DNA of 64,000 nt from assembly GCA_000002435.2 (NCBI GenBank), contig CM018792.1. One strand, written 5' to 3'. The translations under genes and the position numbers were made by a program. Position 1 is the first letter of the stretch; every line of letters starts with the position of its first letter. This document shows positions 1-10,151 of the stretch, piece by piece. The notes beneath the pieces were generated by a model. It saw only the letters and a program-made list of their open reading frames with translations, did no database searches and was not told the DNA's origin. This DNA is from Giardia intestinalis. Its lineage: Eukaryota.

Positions 1-253
1 CGTACTGCAGATAGACTTAGCTTACCCTGAAGATTACCCCGGTGACATAGAAGAAAGTAACTATGTTCTGGTCTATGGAATAAGCTTCGATCTACACAAC
101 CTTTCGCCTCTAGGAAAGTTTCTACCTGAGGTTGTCTCACTGTTGTTTTATTATGGAGCAGAGTCCGCAAGAGCATCACACAGGTTCGAACACCCCTTGC
201 TGTTCACTCTTTATTCTGCTGGATATGCAGCGTATCACGGGAGAAAGTACCTA

Positions 254-3200
254 ATGGCGGACTCGTACTTTCAGCGTTTAGCGGAGAGCATCGGGAGCAC
301 TCTCTTGACACAGCAGCAGCAAGGGCAAGGGCAAGATAAGCAGCGGCTAGATATCACCACGGTTCGTGTCCTGGCATCTCTGTCCGTGACTAGATTGATA
401 GCAGTCGTTGGCTTAAATAAGCACGAGAAGGCATATGACGCAGCAGTCCGTTTCTATGCTACTCTGCGGTGGTTCTTCTTGACTCTTCTTAGCTGGTATT
501 CACAGACTATTGGCACTAGTAGGGTATCAGAGACGCGCGCGAAACTCTTCACTGAGCATTATACTCACCTTGCGGAAACGCTTCATTCAGTACCTATTCA
601 AGCGCGCCCCCTTGTCTCTCTGGAGACGTGCTTCTTACCTTGCATATACGACCTGCTCTTTCTTCTTATTCTCGATACTGCGGAAGATCTTACTTCTGCT
701 CAGCTCTTGGAGCTTATTAGTTCCTACTCGCCAAACTCGTCTACGGCCCTCTCTATGCTCTGCGCAAGCACTAAGCAGCTTATTGGTCTCTCTCGTTCTC
801 GGACAATCTTTGACACAGCTGAGAAGACCTCTGCTGTTACATATCTGTTAGACCTTGTCCTGCGATCCAGCATGTTGTCTCTGCAACCTGAGATACTTAA
901 GTTACTCGTTACACCCTTTGTCCTCCAGCTAACCTCTTTCTCAACAGAGCACCATGCCTTAACTGGTCAGGCTCTTATGGTACTGCAAACTGTTCGGGAT
1001 AGATTATTGTGTCTTTCGCCGACGTCACTCTTCAGGTTTACCGTTGACTTGTTTGGACTATTCGATCCAGCAGTTCTTCTGCAAATCACTGATTCCGAAG
1101 AGGGGCAGTTCTTGCATACGTTAATTATTGATATTCTAAATGTGCTTGGCACCGCACGGTTGGCTATAGATTTCCATTCATTTTTTCCCTTATCACAGCA
1201 ACCCGATGGTCACAGTCCTGGAAATAATAAGACCTACTGGGACCTTGAGCGCTATATTAAGTCTCTCTCTTATCTGTTCGAGGTAACGATAACACTAGTT
1301 CGTCAAATAAGACATACATACATTTATTTTCACACAATTAATAGAAAATATAATAAATTGTTGGGAGAAAATAAGGACAATCCAAGTCAAGCACAACAGA
1401 CAGAAGCACTAGCGTCACTGAAGGAAAAGTACCACCTTTCGTCTAAGGAAATTGAGACTCTGTTAGCCTTCCGGAACGATTCTCTTTCTCCGCTCCAAAA
1501 CCAGCTAGATTTGACTATAAAGCTAAATATTCTTCTTGGGAACACCTTTGGTACCATCCTTCTGTGTTCTCAGCATCAGAGAATTGTGCCCTGTAGTGAG
1601 CTGGTGTCCTCCCTTAACTCATATTTCTATAAGTGTTCAGCGTGTATAGGGCTAGTCCTGTGTAACTTGGATGAAATTCCTATTCGTGGAGTCCCGGCCA
1701 GGGAGCAGGCAGTGTATGCAAAGGCATCACTAGTAAAGGAGCCACATGATGTACATGACATTGCTGTTCTGGCACCACTTCTGATCGATTTCAAGCTGTC
1801 GGAGCTCGTTGAGTCTAAGATGCTTGTGTATAAGCCATTATCCACAGACATCTTTAAGTATCCCAATCTTTCCAATGCAATCCTACATGTGTTGGGCAAT
1901 TTCTTTGCTGGGTTCGGATTTTGTGTCTCCGTGGCCGCGAATCGTCCTTTTGGCGACAACCCACACACACATGATGCATCCAAAATGATGGTTACAACTC
2001 CCACAGCTAGATGTGGTACTAAGCTCAACACCAAGGTTTATAGCTCTCCTTTATCAAGCTCTGCTACCTCACCATGTCAACAAGAGTATGGCCGCGGGAA
2101 GATGCCGCCCCAGCTGGCCCCAGAAGCTGCCACGGTGAATTGCTCTACAAGCTCTAGTACATCCACTGAGCAAGAGCCTTACAATGCATATCTTTCCCTC
2201 ATACAATATTATTACTTGGAATCCTCGCCTGATCTACCATTCCTTAAGCCCATTACTATCTTTCTCAATACACTTTTTGCATCTGGCATCATACTGGGAA
2301 ATCGGATCGCTCACAGGAATAAGGAGGAGCGTGTTTATCATTGCTCGTTAAGTATCTCTGATTTGGGGCTAGAAAAGCTAACGTCTACTGAGCTATATTC
2401 GTTTGCAGAAAATATTTGGTACTTTGTTCGATATTACAGCAATTCACTCTTTCAATGCACTACCTACTCCGATCTACTTTTTGGAGCTTATATGCTGGAA
2501 TTCATACGCTTTTCTCGCTTCAACTCTTTGAACGAGGTTCTCCTGTGCCAATTTATTAACTATTCCCAGCTATATTGGTCGGATAGCCTCGCGTCAGCAG
2601 AGCCCCTTGTTGTCAAATCCCTTGAGCCATGCTTTCCAACGTTCATCCTTCTGGATCTACCGTCTGCTCGAGAAGTGTTCGAACCACATAAGTCCGTCCA
2701 GTTATCGGTGCAAAAGGTGCTCAGCTGGTTTCAGACCATTGGCTTTGGCGCGTCCAAGTTCTACCTCCTGACTGAGCTTTTATATCTTTCCATGCAACAG
2801 CTTCTCCGACACAGCAAGTACCAGATGTTTCCAGAGTGCTATGGACTCATTGGGAAAATGCTGCATCTTGTTGAGGCCTTGTTGGACAGGCTTTATGAGC
2901 TAGACTCTAACACTGTCGAAGCATACACATATACAAAGCACTACGTGGAGATTCTGTACCGCCTCACGACTAAGGTAGCAGTACATTTGTCCACTCACCT
3001 TATACCATCTACTCATTTCTATAGGGAAGCTGCAAGAGACGCGGCATCGCTTCTAATTTCAACTCGTTGTCTTAAGTACTACAACGACACATTATTTCTT
3101 CTCACCACTAATCAGTCGAAGTCAAGTGCAGTGACGAGTTCAGATTTTTATTTATCTATCGCATTTATCGCGAATATCTTGGAATTAGTTTTATTATGTA

Positions 3201-4804
3201 ACTTGTCTGATGATGCAACAAAGTCGCGCGCAGTTAATTGTCAGCTTTTGAAACTAGTGATGCTTTCATGGAAGTATCTAAAACGTAACGCTTTTCTTAA
3301 CAGCACAAACATCTGCTCATTTGCACGCGTTTGCGCACTCCTTACTCTGTTTGAGCTAATCATCTTCCCGTCCTGCAAGGACCTTGCAGCACTGGATACA
3401 TCTTTCTCCATATTCACTGAGCTGCATGAGCACATCACGTTTCCCTTGTTCTTCTTAGCTTATGCCAAAGAACTAGTTGGAAAGTACTCGTTACTTCTCA
3501 GTGAGTGGTTTACTAAATGGCCGGATACGAATGTAGCAATTTCTGAGGTTAAGCTCACAAAGCTTTTAAGCATCTATACCGTTGCTGTTAAATCCACGGG
3601 GTGCGCACGGATACACTTGTACGCATCAGCGTTCGTCCGGAAGCTGTTGTCAACGGCGCACGTATGCAAGTTGTTGTCGCATAGAGAACAACAAGAACTC
3701 CAGACATTCTGCGCCACCATAGAGGTACATGCATGCTATTGGGACGCTGGAGCACTGGATTATGAGAGTCAATCGGCGACCGCGTTGCTCACTGAATTGG
3801 AAACCCCCATTAATAAGAAGCCAGAATATTCTGTGCAACTGGACGATGTTCGGTTGTCTGCAGAGCTGCTTTCTATCCCTACTCCAAAGAACCTCTCCGA
3901 TATATCGATTATCCCTCTCATTTCAAATGGATTTCTTCAGGAGATGCGGCCGCGACATATACCACAGACTGAGCTACCCCACTACTCTTCTATCGCAGAC
4001 CTAAAGCTTTCTGTAGCCACCCAGTATGCTATCGTGTTCAGTTTCACAGTTCCATTTGCAGGTACAAAGGAGGCCAACATGCTATCGGACCTTTTCACTT
4101 CTGTAGATGCTGACAAGAACAATCCCGATACATTTATGGACAAGATTGATGGGCTAATGGAAGGCACGCTCAACAAGAAGGTCAAGCTTCTGATGGGCCA
4201 TGATATGCCCACATACAATATCACGACGTCCTTGGGAGAACAGGTCGAGAGACGATATAACGTGATCTACTCTAAGAGGCTCTTGGAGCTAGTGTCTAAT
4301 GAGTTTTATTCTCTCGCTGACTGTGACACAAGCGACAATGCGATTGCACCGTCTACCCCTTCTTCTAAGGCACCTGTGATCAAAACCAACGAGCTAACTC
4401 GGCGGTACATGAACAAAGAAGAGCGAAATCGCCGTGCACAGTACCTTCTACAAAACGCACTTGATGAATTTGCGGATGAAAACTTATTGACAGCTCGCTG
4501 CGAGCCCCTGCAGGAAGAAGACCTATCCTCAGCAGTAATTACAAAGCCCGACCGTATTGCCGATGATCTAAGTGGTAAACTTATTCGTATCTCTACGGAT
4601 TCCGATGATCACGATGATCAAGTCCAAGGTAACCTTGAAGCTGCCATCTGTGCGCATGTCCATGAAGACCATGGGAGTGCAAAGGAATGCCCTGCAACAG
4701 AGTTTAGCGGGGATGATAACGAGTATGTTGACTTTGATGTAGATGACGACACAATTGAGGGCCAGTTGCCCGATTCTATCGTAACAGCTCTTCGCCAATC
4801 ATAA
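254..4804 (+). CDS. large hypothetical protein (~1516 aa), Leu-rich with an acidic C-terminal tail; no recognisable domain
   Basis: Uninterrupted 4.6-kb ORF. The ORF-track start at 143 is a TTG; the first in-frame ATG is at 254 and an in-frame TAG lies at 47-49. C-terminus is DSDDHDDQ...DFDVDDD. A frame this long in a ~50% GC genome is very unlikely by chance. Confidence 0.55.
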   Translation: MADSYFQRLAESIGSTLLTQQQQGQGQDKQRLDITTVRVLASLSVTRLIAVVGLNKHEKAYDAAVRFYATLRWFFLTLLSWYSQTIGTSRVSETRAKLFTEHYTHLAETLHSVPIQARPLVSLETCFLPCIYDLLFLLILDTAEDLTSAQLLELISSYSPNSSTALSMLCASTKQLIGLSRSRTIFDTAEKTSAVTYLLDLVLRSSMLSLQPEILKLLVTPFVLQLTSFSTEHHALTGQALMVLQTVRDRLLCLSPTSLFRFTVDLFGLFDPAVLLQITDSEEGQFLHTLIIDILNVLGTARLAIDFHSFFPLSQQPDGHSPGNNKTYWDLERYIKSLSYLFEVTITLVRQIRHTYIYFHTINRKYNKLLGENKDNPSQAQQTEALASLKEKYHLSSKEIETLLAFRNDSLSPLQNQLDLTIKLNILLGNTFGTILLCSQHQRIVPCSELVSSLNSYFYKCSACIGLVLCNLDEIPIRGVPAREQAVYAKASLVKEPHDVHDIAVLAPLLIDFKLSELVESKMLVYKPLSTDIFKYPNLSNAILHVLGNFFAGFGFCVSVAANRPFGDNPHTHDASKMMVTTPTARCGTKLNTKVYSSPLSSSATSPCQQEYGRGKMPPQLAPEAATVNCSTSSSTSTEQEPYNAYLSLIQYYYLESSPDLPFLKPITIFLNTLFASGIILGNRIAHRNKEERVYHCSLSISDLGLEKLTSTELYSFAENIWYFVRYYSNSLFQCTTYSDLLFGAYMLEFIRFSRFNSLNEVLLCQFINYSQLYWSDSLASAEPLVVKSLEPCFPTFILLDLPSAREVFEPHKSVQLSVQKVLSWFQTIGFGASKFYLLTELLYLSMQQLLRHSKYQMFPECYGLIGKMLHLVEALLDRLYELDSNTVEAYTYTKHYVEILYRLTTKVAVHLSTHLIPSTHFYREAARDAASLLISTRCLKYYNDTLFLLTTNQSKSSAVTSSDFYLSIAFIANILELVLLCNLSDDATKSRAVNCQLLKLVMLSWKYLKRNAFLNSTNICSFARVCALLTLFELIIFPSCKDLAALDTSFSIFTELHEHITFPLFFLAYAKELVGKYSLLLSEWFTKWPDTNVAISEVKLTKLLSIYTVAVKSTGCARIHLYASAFVRKLLSTAHVCKLLSHREQQELQTFCATIEVHACYWDAGALDYESQSATALLTELETPINKKPEYSVQLDDVRLSAELLSIPTPKNLSDISIIPLISNGFLQEMRPRHIPQTELPHYSSIADLKLSVATQYAIVFSFTVPFAGTKEANMLSDLFTSVDADKNNPDTFMDKIDGLMEGTLNKKVKLLMGHDMPTYNITTSLGEQVERRYNVIYSKRLLELVSNEFYSLADCDTSDNAIAPSTPSSKAPVIKTNELTRRYMNKEERNRRAQYLLQNALDEFADENLLTARCEPLQEEDLSSAVITKPDRIADDLSGKLIRISTDSDDHDDQVQGNLEAAICAHVHEDHGSAKECPATEFSGDDNEYVDFDVDDDTIEGQLPDSIVTALRQS

Positions 4805-4898
4805 TATTTGTACTAGTAATTGTTAAAAAATAAACTTTCTAGATTGTAAACTTTATTTTACGTTTTTATTAAATCTAAAAAAGTATGTTGGGGGCTTG

Positions 4899-6479
4899 AT
4901 GGCCGCCATGTTCCCCTTTGGCCTCTATGAAAGCGAGTCGCTTCTTGGTCAGCTTCTTGGTCACAGGGTTGCAGGAGTAACACTCAAGGCATGTAGGATA
5001 AGTGAAACTCCGGAGCTTGCCGTGAAAGTGGCTTCTCTCGCAAACGTGGCAAATGACGCTAAAATCAATCTGATCAAGGACCTGCGTTCTCTTAAGGGAA
5101 TTACACACAAGAATATCTTGGTATATACAAGTATCTACGTGACCAGTCGCTCAATCTTCATCGAAGTGGAACTCATGAAGGGAAAGTCTCTAAGTGACCA
5201 CCTTCTGGCCCACAGACGTCATGGCAATATTCCTGAATTGCTAGTGAGAGATATACTTCATCAGCTATCCAAGAGGCCTGATTATTTGCACAGAAGTTGC
5301 AGTAGGCAGATTGTACATGGTAATTTGATTCCCGAAGATATATTCTACGACAACGGCGCAATGCTCATCGCATCCTATGGACTACTTCTACCAACCAACA
5401 CTTTTATCCACAACTCCGCAGCGGTCATCAAGGTCTTGCCAGTTCGTGCTTAATGCACAGGTTAGACAACAGCACCAGATCGAGTACACCGCTGTGTGGA
5501 CTGTCAAACCTTATTCTCTGGATGACCAATCTTAGTCTATCGGAGAGCATATCATCAAGTGACCTAGATATCCCCTGGCAAGCAGCGTATTCACATGATC
5601 TACTCAGTCTTACTAAGCATATTGAAGGGCTATCTATTGCAGAAGCGTCATTCTCTCTTATAGAGTGTTTGACAATGATCAGAAATGTAGCATTGGGGCA
5701 CACACAATTATTCCATCAATCCATTTACCCTTGGAACACCGAAGCAGCTCCTGACATCTATTGACAATGACAATCAGGAAGAGATAGAAAAGTACATTGC
5801 ACGCCTCAATTCGTGTCCACCGAGCGCTTTAGTAAGTGCCATCAACAAACGAAGGACAACCTCTGCAGCTACCATGTGTAGAAAAATAGCAAGAAGGGGT
5901 CTTTCCATGTGCAATCCCATATGCTCAGGAATAGATGTGCACGAACCAACACCACTGATGAAGGAGATTTGGTAGAGTAATAGCTGTGAACCCATCCTAA
6001 TTAAAGAGCACATGACGGCACGCTGCAATGGCATAACCGCTCTACTGATTAGCGCCTACAAAGGATGCCATACATGTTTGATCCATCTTGCCTCGGAAAT
6101 GGGTATACAGAGCTGGTCTGAGACAAGAGCTCTGATGTTTGCTGTTAACAGTGGTCATGAGAAGTGTGCAAGGCTACTGCTGCCAGAGATGGGAATTCAG
6201 CGACACGATGGGATGACCACCCTGATGCTTGCAGCAGAACTAGGGAACGTGAACTGTGTTAAAATGTTGATAGATTGTGAAAAGGAGATGCAGACGAAAC
6301 AAAAGTGAACTGCCTTGCACTATGCAGTCGACAACAACCATGTGGAATGTGTTAAGCTGTTACTATTTGCTGAAGAGGACGTCCCTAACGCCAAAGGCCA
6401 GAGGTGTTTGGCCATAGCAAAGATGAAATATTTTCGCGAGTACGTTCAGCTGCTCTCTCAAGAGCTAAGCAGGCCTTAA
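4899..6479 (+). pseudogene. NEK-type protein (pseudo)kinase fused to ankyrin repeats, disrupted by a frameshift and by in-frame TAA, TAG and TGA stops
   Basis: Segment 4899-5453 encodes a kinase N-lobe with a degenerate Gly loop (LGQLLGHRVAGV), AVK, HKNILVY, a VHGNLIPEDI catalytic loop (no HRD Asp) and SYG in place of DFG. The frame shifts at ~5453 (ATG overlapping TAA). Segment 5976-6479 encodes ankyrin repeats (ITALLISAYKGCHTCL, TTLMLAAELGNVNCVKMLI, TALHYAVDNNHVECVKLLL) broken by TAG 5973 and TGA 6306 in the same frame. Confidence 0.5.
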
Positions 6480-6567
6480 CATGCCTAACTCGGGCGAATT
6501 CACTCTAGAGCGCGGAATCAAAAAATAATGTAAAGTGCGCCTTTTTTACCGACCAAACAAAAACCCT

Positions 6568-8928
6568 ATGCCTCTGGTGGACAAAAAGGATTGGTTTCAG
6601 GCCATTGCGAACAAGAACCATTCGGCGATAAGGACTGCCATCCCTCGATTTGCGGGGAGCACGAATGGAGCAGGCGATACGGGGCTCATAATGGCTGCGC
6701 GCCTCAACGATGTGGAACTTGCGCACCTCCTTGCCAAGCAGGAGGCGACCCTCACTAACCCTGATAATCTCACTGCCCTTATGATTGCCGCTCAGTCGGA
6801 CCATCCGCGCGTGGTTGAGGTTCTTGCTCCCCTGGAGTACTCCATTTTTCTTCCCAACGGCCGCACAGCCCTTTCGCTTGCTGCGGAGGCAGGCCACGAC
6901 GAGTGCGTGATGATTTTGGCCAAGTATCTATCCACAGAGCGTGACTGCGACAGCCTCAGCGCCCTTGACTATGCTGTCAAGAACGACAACCTTAATTGCA
7001 TAAAGGTCATGCTGAACACACACAAGTTCACGATAGATGACATCACGCACACCCTCAGGTACGCGCACGAGAAGGACGCCGTGGACACAGTTAGGGTCCT
7101 TGAGGCCGAGGCTGAGCGAATCGCCAACCTTTGCTATGCCCAAGCAACGGCAACACAATCATCGGTGACACCTATCGAGCAGAAATCGCCGGGCTCTATG
7201 CTCGGCTCCCGCGTCGGCGGCCCGCGGTCTACCCAAAGCATGAACGGCACCAGCTCCATGCGCTCTGTCGGCATGACCGAGTCGATGCGCTCGGGCGGCC
7301 GTATTGTTACAAGGTTCGCTGACCTTGCAACGTACGAGAAGGAGCTCGACATGGCACTCACCAAGCTCGACAAATACGAGGTCGACCGTACGGTCCTCAA
7401 GACGGAGAACACGAGGCTCTTCGAAGAGAACACGGAGCTCAAGAAGAGGATCAAGATACAGCAGGACCAGCTCGATCAGATCCGTGTGCTTGTGCAGTGC
7501 AAGTCTCAGGACGCCGAGGAGATCGCCACGATCTGCAGGCACTTTATCAACGATTTGCAGGCCGAGAAGGCGAAACGCTCCAGGGAGTATGAGGAGCTCA
7601 AGCAAGATGTCGCCATCCTCAAGGCGAAGAATCAGGCCTTCAAGGTTGACTTGAACACTCTCATGAGCACGAAAATCGAGCACGAGAAGGCCGCCCAGTA
7701 TCTTAAGCAGAACATTGTCAGCAAAGACGAGGTCCTTAATGCGCTTCAGGACCAGAATCGTGAGGTCATTGAGCAGGCCAAGATGCTTGAGCACAAGTCC
7801 CAAGACCTTGCGATAGAGATTGCTAAGCTTTCAGACAACGTCGCTAGGCACAAGAACGAAGCTATAGGCCTCCGTTCCGTCATCGAGCTCAAGGATAAGG
7901 AGATCGAGGATGTGAAGGCGCAGGTTGAGGAGATTAATGAAGTTGTAAGCACATACAGACAGCGTGCTCTCGCCGTTGAAGACGAGAAGAACGAGATTCT
8001 TAATGAGGTTGCAAGGCGCAAGGCTGCCTATAATGCCCTTGAAAGCAAGAAGGAGGAGCTTGAAAACCAGGTCATAGGACTCGCAGACGAGCTTACCAAG
8101 TCTTCTGTTGCGCTCCAGGCGCTTCAAAATGGCATTTCCAACCTGGAGGATCCATTTTCCATCGCTGCCACCGGGGACTTCATTAACTATGCAGATGACG
8201 ACGATACGAGTATTGCGAGGAAGGTCCTTACGGGTGACAAGGGGGCCATGCTCCGCCACATTGCCGAGAACGAGATAGCCGCTTATGGGAAGGCGAACGA
8301 GGAATCGATCAGAAAGGCGAGTGAGTATGTCTCCAAGAGCGAACTGGAGTGGCTGACGGAGCCCGTGATGCAGCAGATTAAGCAAGCGATTCTCAAGGGA
8401 GATTACGACACCGCCAGTCAGCTGACAAACAAAGTACCGCTGGACTTCACAAACCTCCGTAACGAAACAGGCCCGAAGACGTATTTGATGAGCGCAGCCG
8501 AGCACGGTGAGCTCCTTAAGGTTTGGTTCTATCGTCCCTACCAAGCCGGAAAGCAGGACCACCACGGGAAGACGGCCCTTATGTACGCGGCCGAGAATGG
8601 CCACTCTGAATGTGTCAGGCTCCTTCTCGACCGCGAGGCCGGCATGACCCTCGAGAACGGATGGACGGCATTGATGTCTGCAGTCCTCAACAATCACACG
8701 GAGTGTGTGAAGATCCTGGAAACGAAGGAGGGCGGTCTTTCCACGAACGAGCTCCATGAAGAGGGGGCTGGCTTCACTGCCCTCATGCTCGCTGCCAAGC
8801 TGGGCCATACTGAGTGTGCGCACTTCCTGCTGAACAAGGAGGCGCCCATCAAGCACTCCACCGGGCGCAGGGCCATCTTCTATGCCAAGAGCGCAGAGAT
8901 TAAGAACCTCCTCTCCCTTTTCAACTGA
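6568..8928 (+). CDS. ankyrin-repeat / coiled-coil / ankyrin-repeat protein (Giardia Protein 21.1-like)
   Basis: N-terminal ankyrin repeats (GDTGLIMAARLNDVELAHLL, TALMIAAQSDHPRVVEVL, TALSLAAEAGHDECVMIL). A ~300-aa heptad-rich coiled-coil (ELKKRIKIQQDQLDQIRVL...). C-terminal ankyrin repeats (KTALMYAAENGHSECVRLLL, FTALMLAAKLGHTECAHFLL). First ATG is at 6568; the ORF-track start at 6535 is a GTG. Confidence 0.8.
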   Translation: MPLVDKKDWFQAIANKNHSAIRTAIPRFAGSTNGAGDTGLIMAARLNDVELAHLLAKQEATLTNPDNLTALMIAAQSDHPRVVEVLAPLEYSIFLPNGRTALSLAAEAGHDECVMILAKYLSTERDCDSLSALDYAVKNDNLNCIKVMLNTHKFTIDDITHTLRYAHEKDAVDTVRVLEAEAERIANLCYAQATATQSSVTPIEQKSPGSMLGSRVGGPRSTQSMNGTSSMRSVGMTESMRSGGRIVTRFADLATYEKELDMALTKLDKYEVDRTVLKTENTRLFEENTELKKRIKIQQDQLDQIRVLVQCKSQDAEEIATICRHFINDLQAEKAKRSREYEELKQDVAILKAKNQAFKVDLNTLMSTKIEHEKAAQYLKQNIVSKDEVLNALQDQNREVIEQAKMLEHKSQDLAIEIAKLSDNVARHKNEAIGLRSVIELKDKEIEDVKAQVEEINEVVSTYRQRALAVEDEKNEILNEVARRKAAYNALESKKEELENQVIGLADELTKSSVALQALQNGISNLEDPFSIAATGDFINYADDDDTSIARKVLTGDKGAMLRHIAENEIAAYGKANEESIRKASEYVSKSELEWLTEPVMQQIKQAILKGDYDTASQLTNKVPLDFTNLRNETGPKTYLMSAAEHGELLKVWFYRPYQAGKQDHHGKTALMYAAENGHSECVRLLLDREAGMTLENGWTALMSAVLNNHTECVKILETKEGGLSTNELHEEGAGFTALMLAAKLGHTECAHFLLNKEAPIKHSTGRRAIFYAKSAEIKNLLSLFN

Positions 8929-8935
8929 TTGCCTG

Positions 8936-8941
8936 AGTAAA
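8936..8941 (+). terminator. putative polyadenylation signal AGTAAA (TGAGTAAAT), 8 nt after the stop of the 6568-8928 gene
   Basis: Matches the Giardia AGTRAAY poly(A) signal consensus; position is typical. Confidence 0.5.
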
Positions 8942-8957
8942 TCTGTCCATTCACTGG

Positions 8958-10136
8958 TCACATTGAGAGCTCTTCGAACAGCCCGATCCCGTTTAAGATG
9001 GTCTGGACCTCCTGCTTATTACCAGTACTGAAGAATGCATCAATGACATCGTCGGGGGTCTGAGGGGTGATGGTCAGGATAGCGTGTGTTGGGGTGTAGC
9101 TCAGTGGAGCAGTTGGTACATCAGGAACAGCTGCAGTGACAAAGTGGACCGGACCAGATTCTACCCGAGTAGCCGAAGAAAATGAAGGCGAGTGCGATTC
9201 GCGAAAATGCAGATCGAGGTCTGGATCGATCTTTTCTGTAAGGAAAACTGTCTGCTGGTGATAGAAGTCGTTTGGAACCTTGCCATTAAGGTTCAGTTCA
9301 GCAGTATCATCGTGAGGAGACGAACTTTGCGGAGATACGCGTGCAATATCAACTATAGGAGGCGATGAACCTTCGGGAGACCGGTTTGCTGGTGAGCGGA
9401 CCTCAAAGTCTAAGTGTACATCCGGTGTGGACAAAGCGCTCCAATGGGCAGGGGCAAGACCGGTTTGATTACAAAACTCAAGAAGCGATGCATCGAGAAG
9501 ATCGTAGACATGTTCGCTTTGGTAGGGGGCCCGAATAATACTGGACTCCTGTGAAGTCCCGCCATTGGCTTCGGAAACGCGAGAAAGACCAAACATCATT
9601 CGGAGCTGGCGGGCGCGTAATGCTTTAGCAGAAGGCAGAGGCCTGCGCGGTGTGATTTTTCTATTACACCGCAGGAGAGCTTGCTCGAGAAGAAAGTGTG
9701 AGGGTGAATCAGGAGATACCACCATAGCAGTTACATATCGTCTGGTCTGTCGGTCATAGCTGAATAGCTCCTTGTACTTAACAATCGCACGGGTCCTTTG
9801 GACAAAAGAGCGCGTCATGGCTGCTTCGCCACGAAACCGTGACGACGCGCCAGATGTCTGAAAACTTGCGCCATAAAGCAGTGTAGGATCCATCAAGACC
9901 CGATAGTACTCCTTGTTGGAAGTGAACGCATAAACTACGCGGGGAGGAAATTCAGGTCCTTGCAGTTTCAGGATAAGGTGGACATCTTCGGTAGTCCGTG
10001 AGTCAATAAGGCGTGTAGCCTGCGGAATGCGCAACAACTCCAAAATGCAAAAGCTTATGCGTTGGAAAGTCAGGCGTTGCAAGTATCTGCGGGAGATGGT
10101 GTGTAAGGCTTTGACCGCAGCCAACACATTGGTCAT
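8958..10136 (-). CDS. hypothetical protein (392 aa), Ser/Pro-rich C-terminal half
   Basis: Long ORF starting at an ATG in an A-rich context (GCAAAAAATG). Convergent with the ankyrin gene, 29 bp apart. In the same frame as the upstream ORF 10152-10931 (see findings). Confidence 0.5.
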   Translation of the reverse strand: MTNVLAAVKALHTISRRYLQRLTFQRISFCILELLRIPQATRLIDSRTTEDVHLILKLQGPEFPPRVVYAFTSNKEYYRVLMDPTLLYGASFQTSGASSRFRGEAAMTRSFVQRTRAIVKYKELFSYDRQTRRYVTAMVVSPDSPSHFLLEQALLRCNRKITPRRPLPSAKALRARQLRMMFGLSRVSEANGGTSQESSIIRAPYQSEHVYDLLDASLLEFCNQTGLAPAHWSALSTPDVHLDFEVRSPANRSPEGSSPPIVDIARVSPQSSSPHDDTAELNLNGKVPNDFYHQQTVFLTEKIDPDLDLHFRESHSPSFSSATRVESGPVHFVTAAVPDVPTAPLSYTPTHAILTITPQTPDDVIDAFFSTGNKQEVQTILNGIGLFEELSM

Positions 10137-10151
10137 TTTTTGCTTCGGGGC

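Noticed and set aside
180-195. tRNA T-arm-like GGTTCGAACACC
   Set aside because: Lies inside a long coding frame, with no matching acceptor or anticodon stems around it. I found no convincing tRNA genes in any intergenic region by eye.
5451-6308. Idea that the in-frame stops reflect an alternative genetic code (as in Hexamita/Spironucleus, where TAA/TAG encode Gln)
   Set aside because: All three stop codons, including TGA, occur in the same disrupted frame, and every other gene in the window ends cleanly with standard stops, so standard code with a pseudogene or sequence error fits better.
7159-7803. 214-aa minus-strand ORF (and neighbours 7134-7454 and 7304-7654) inside the ankyrin/coiled-coil gene
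   Set aside because: Antisense or out-of-frame readings of a GC-rich, codon-biased coiled-coil region; low-complexity Arg/Leu-rich translations that are typical spurious ORFs.
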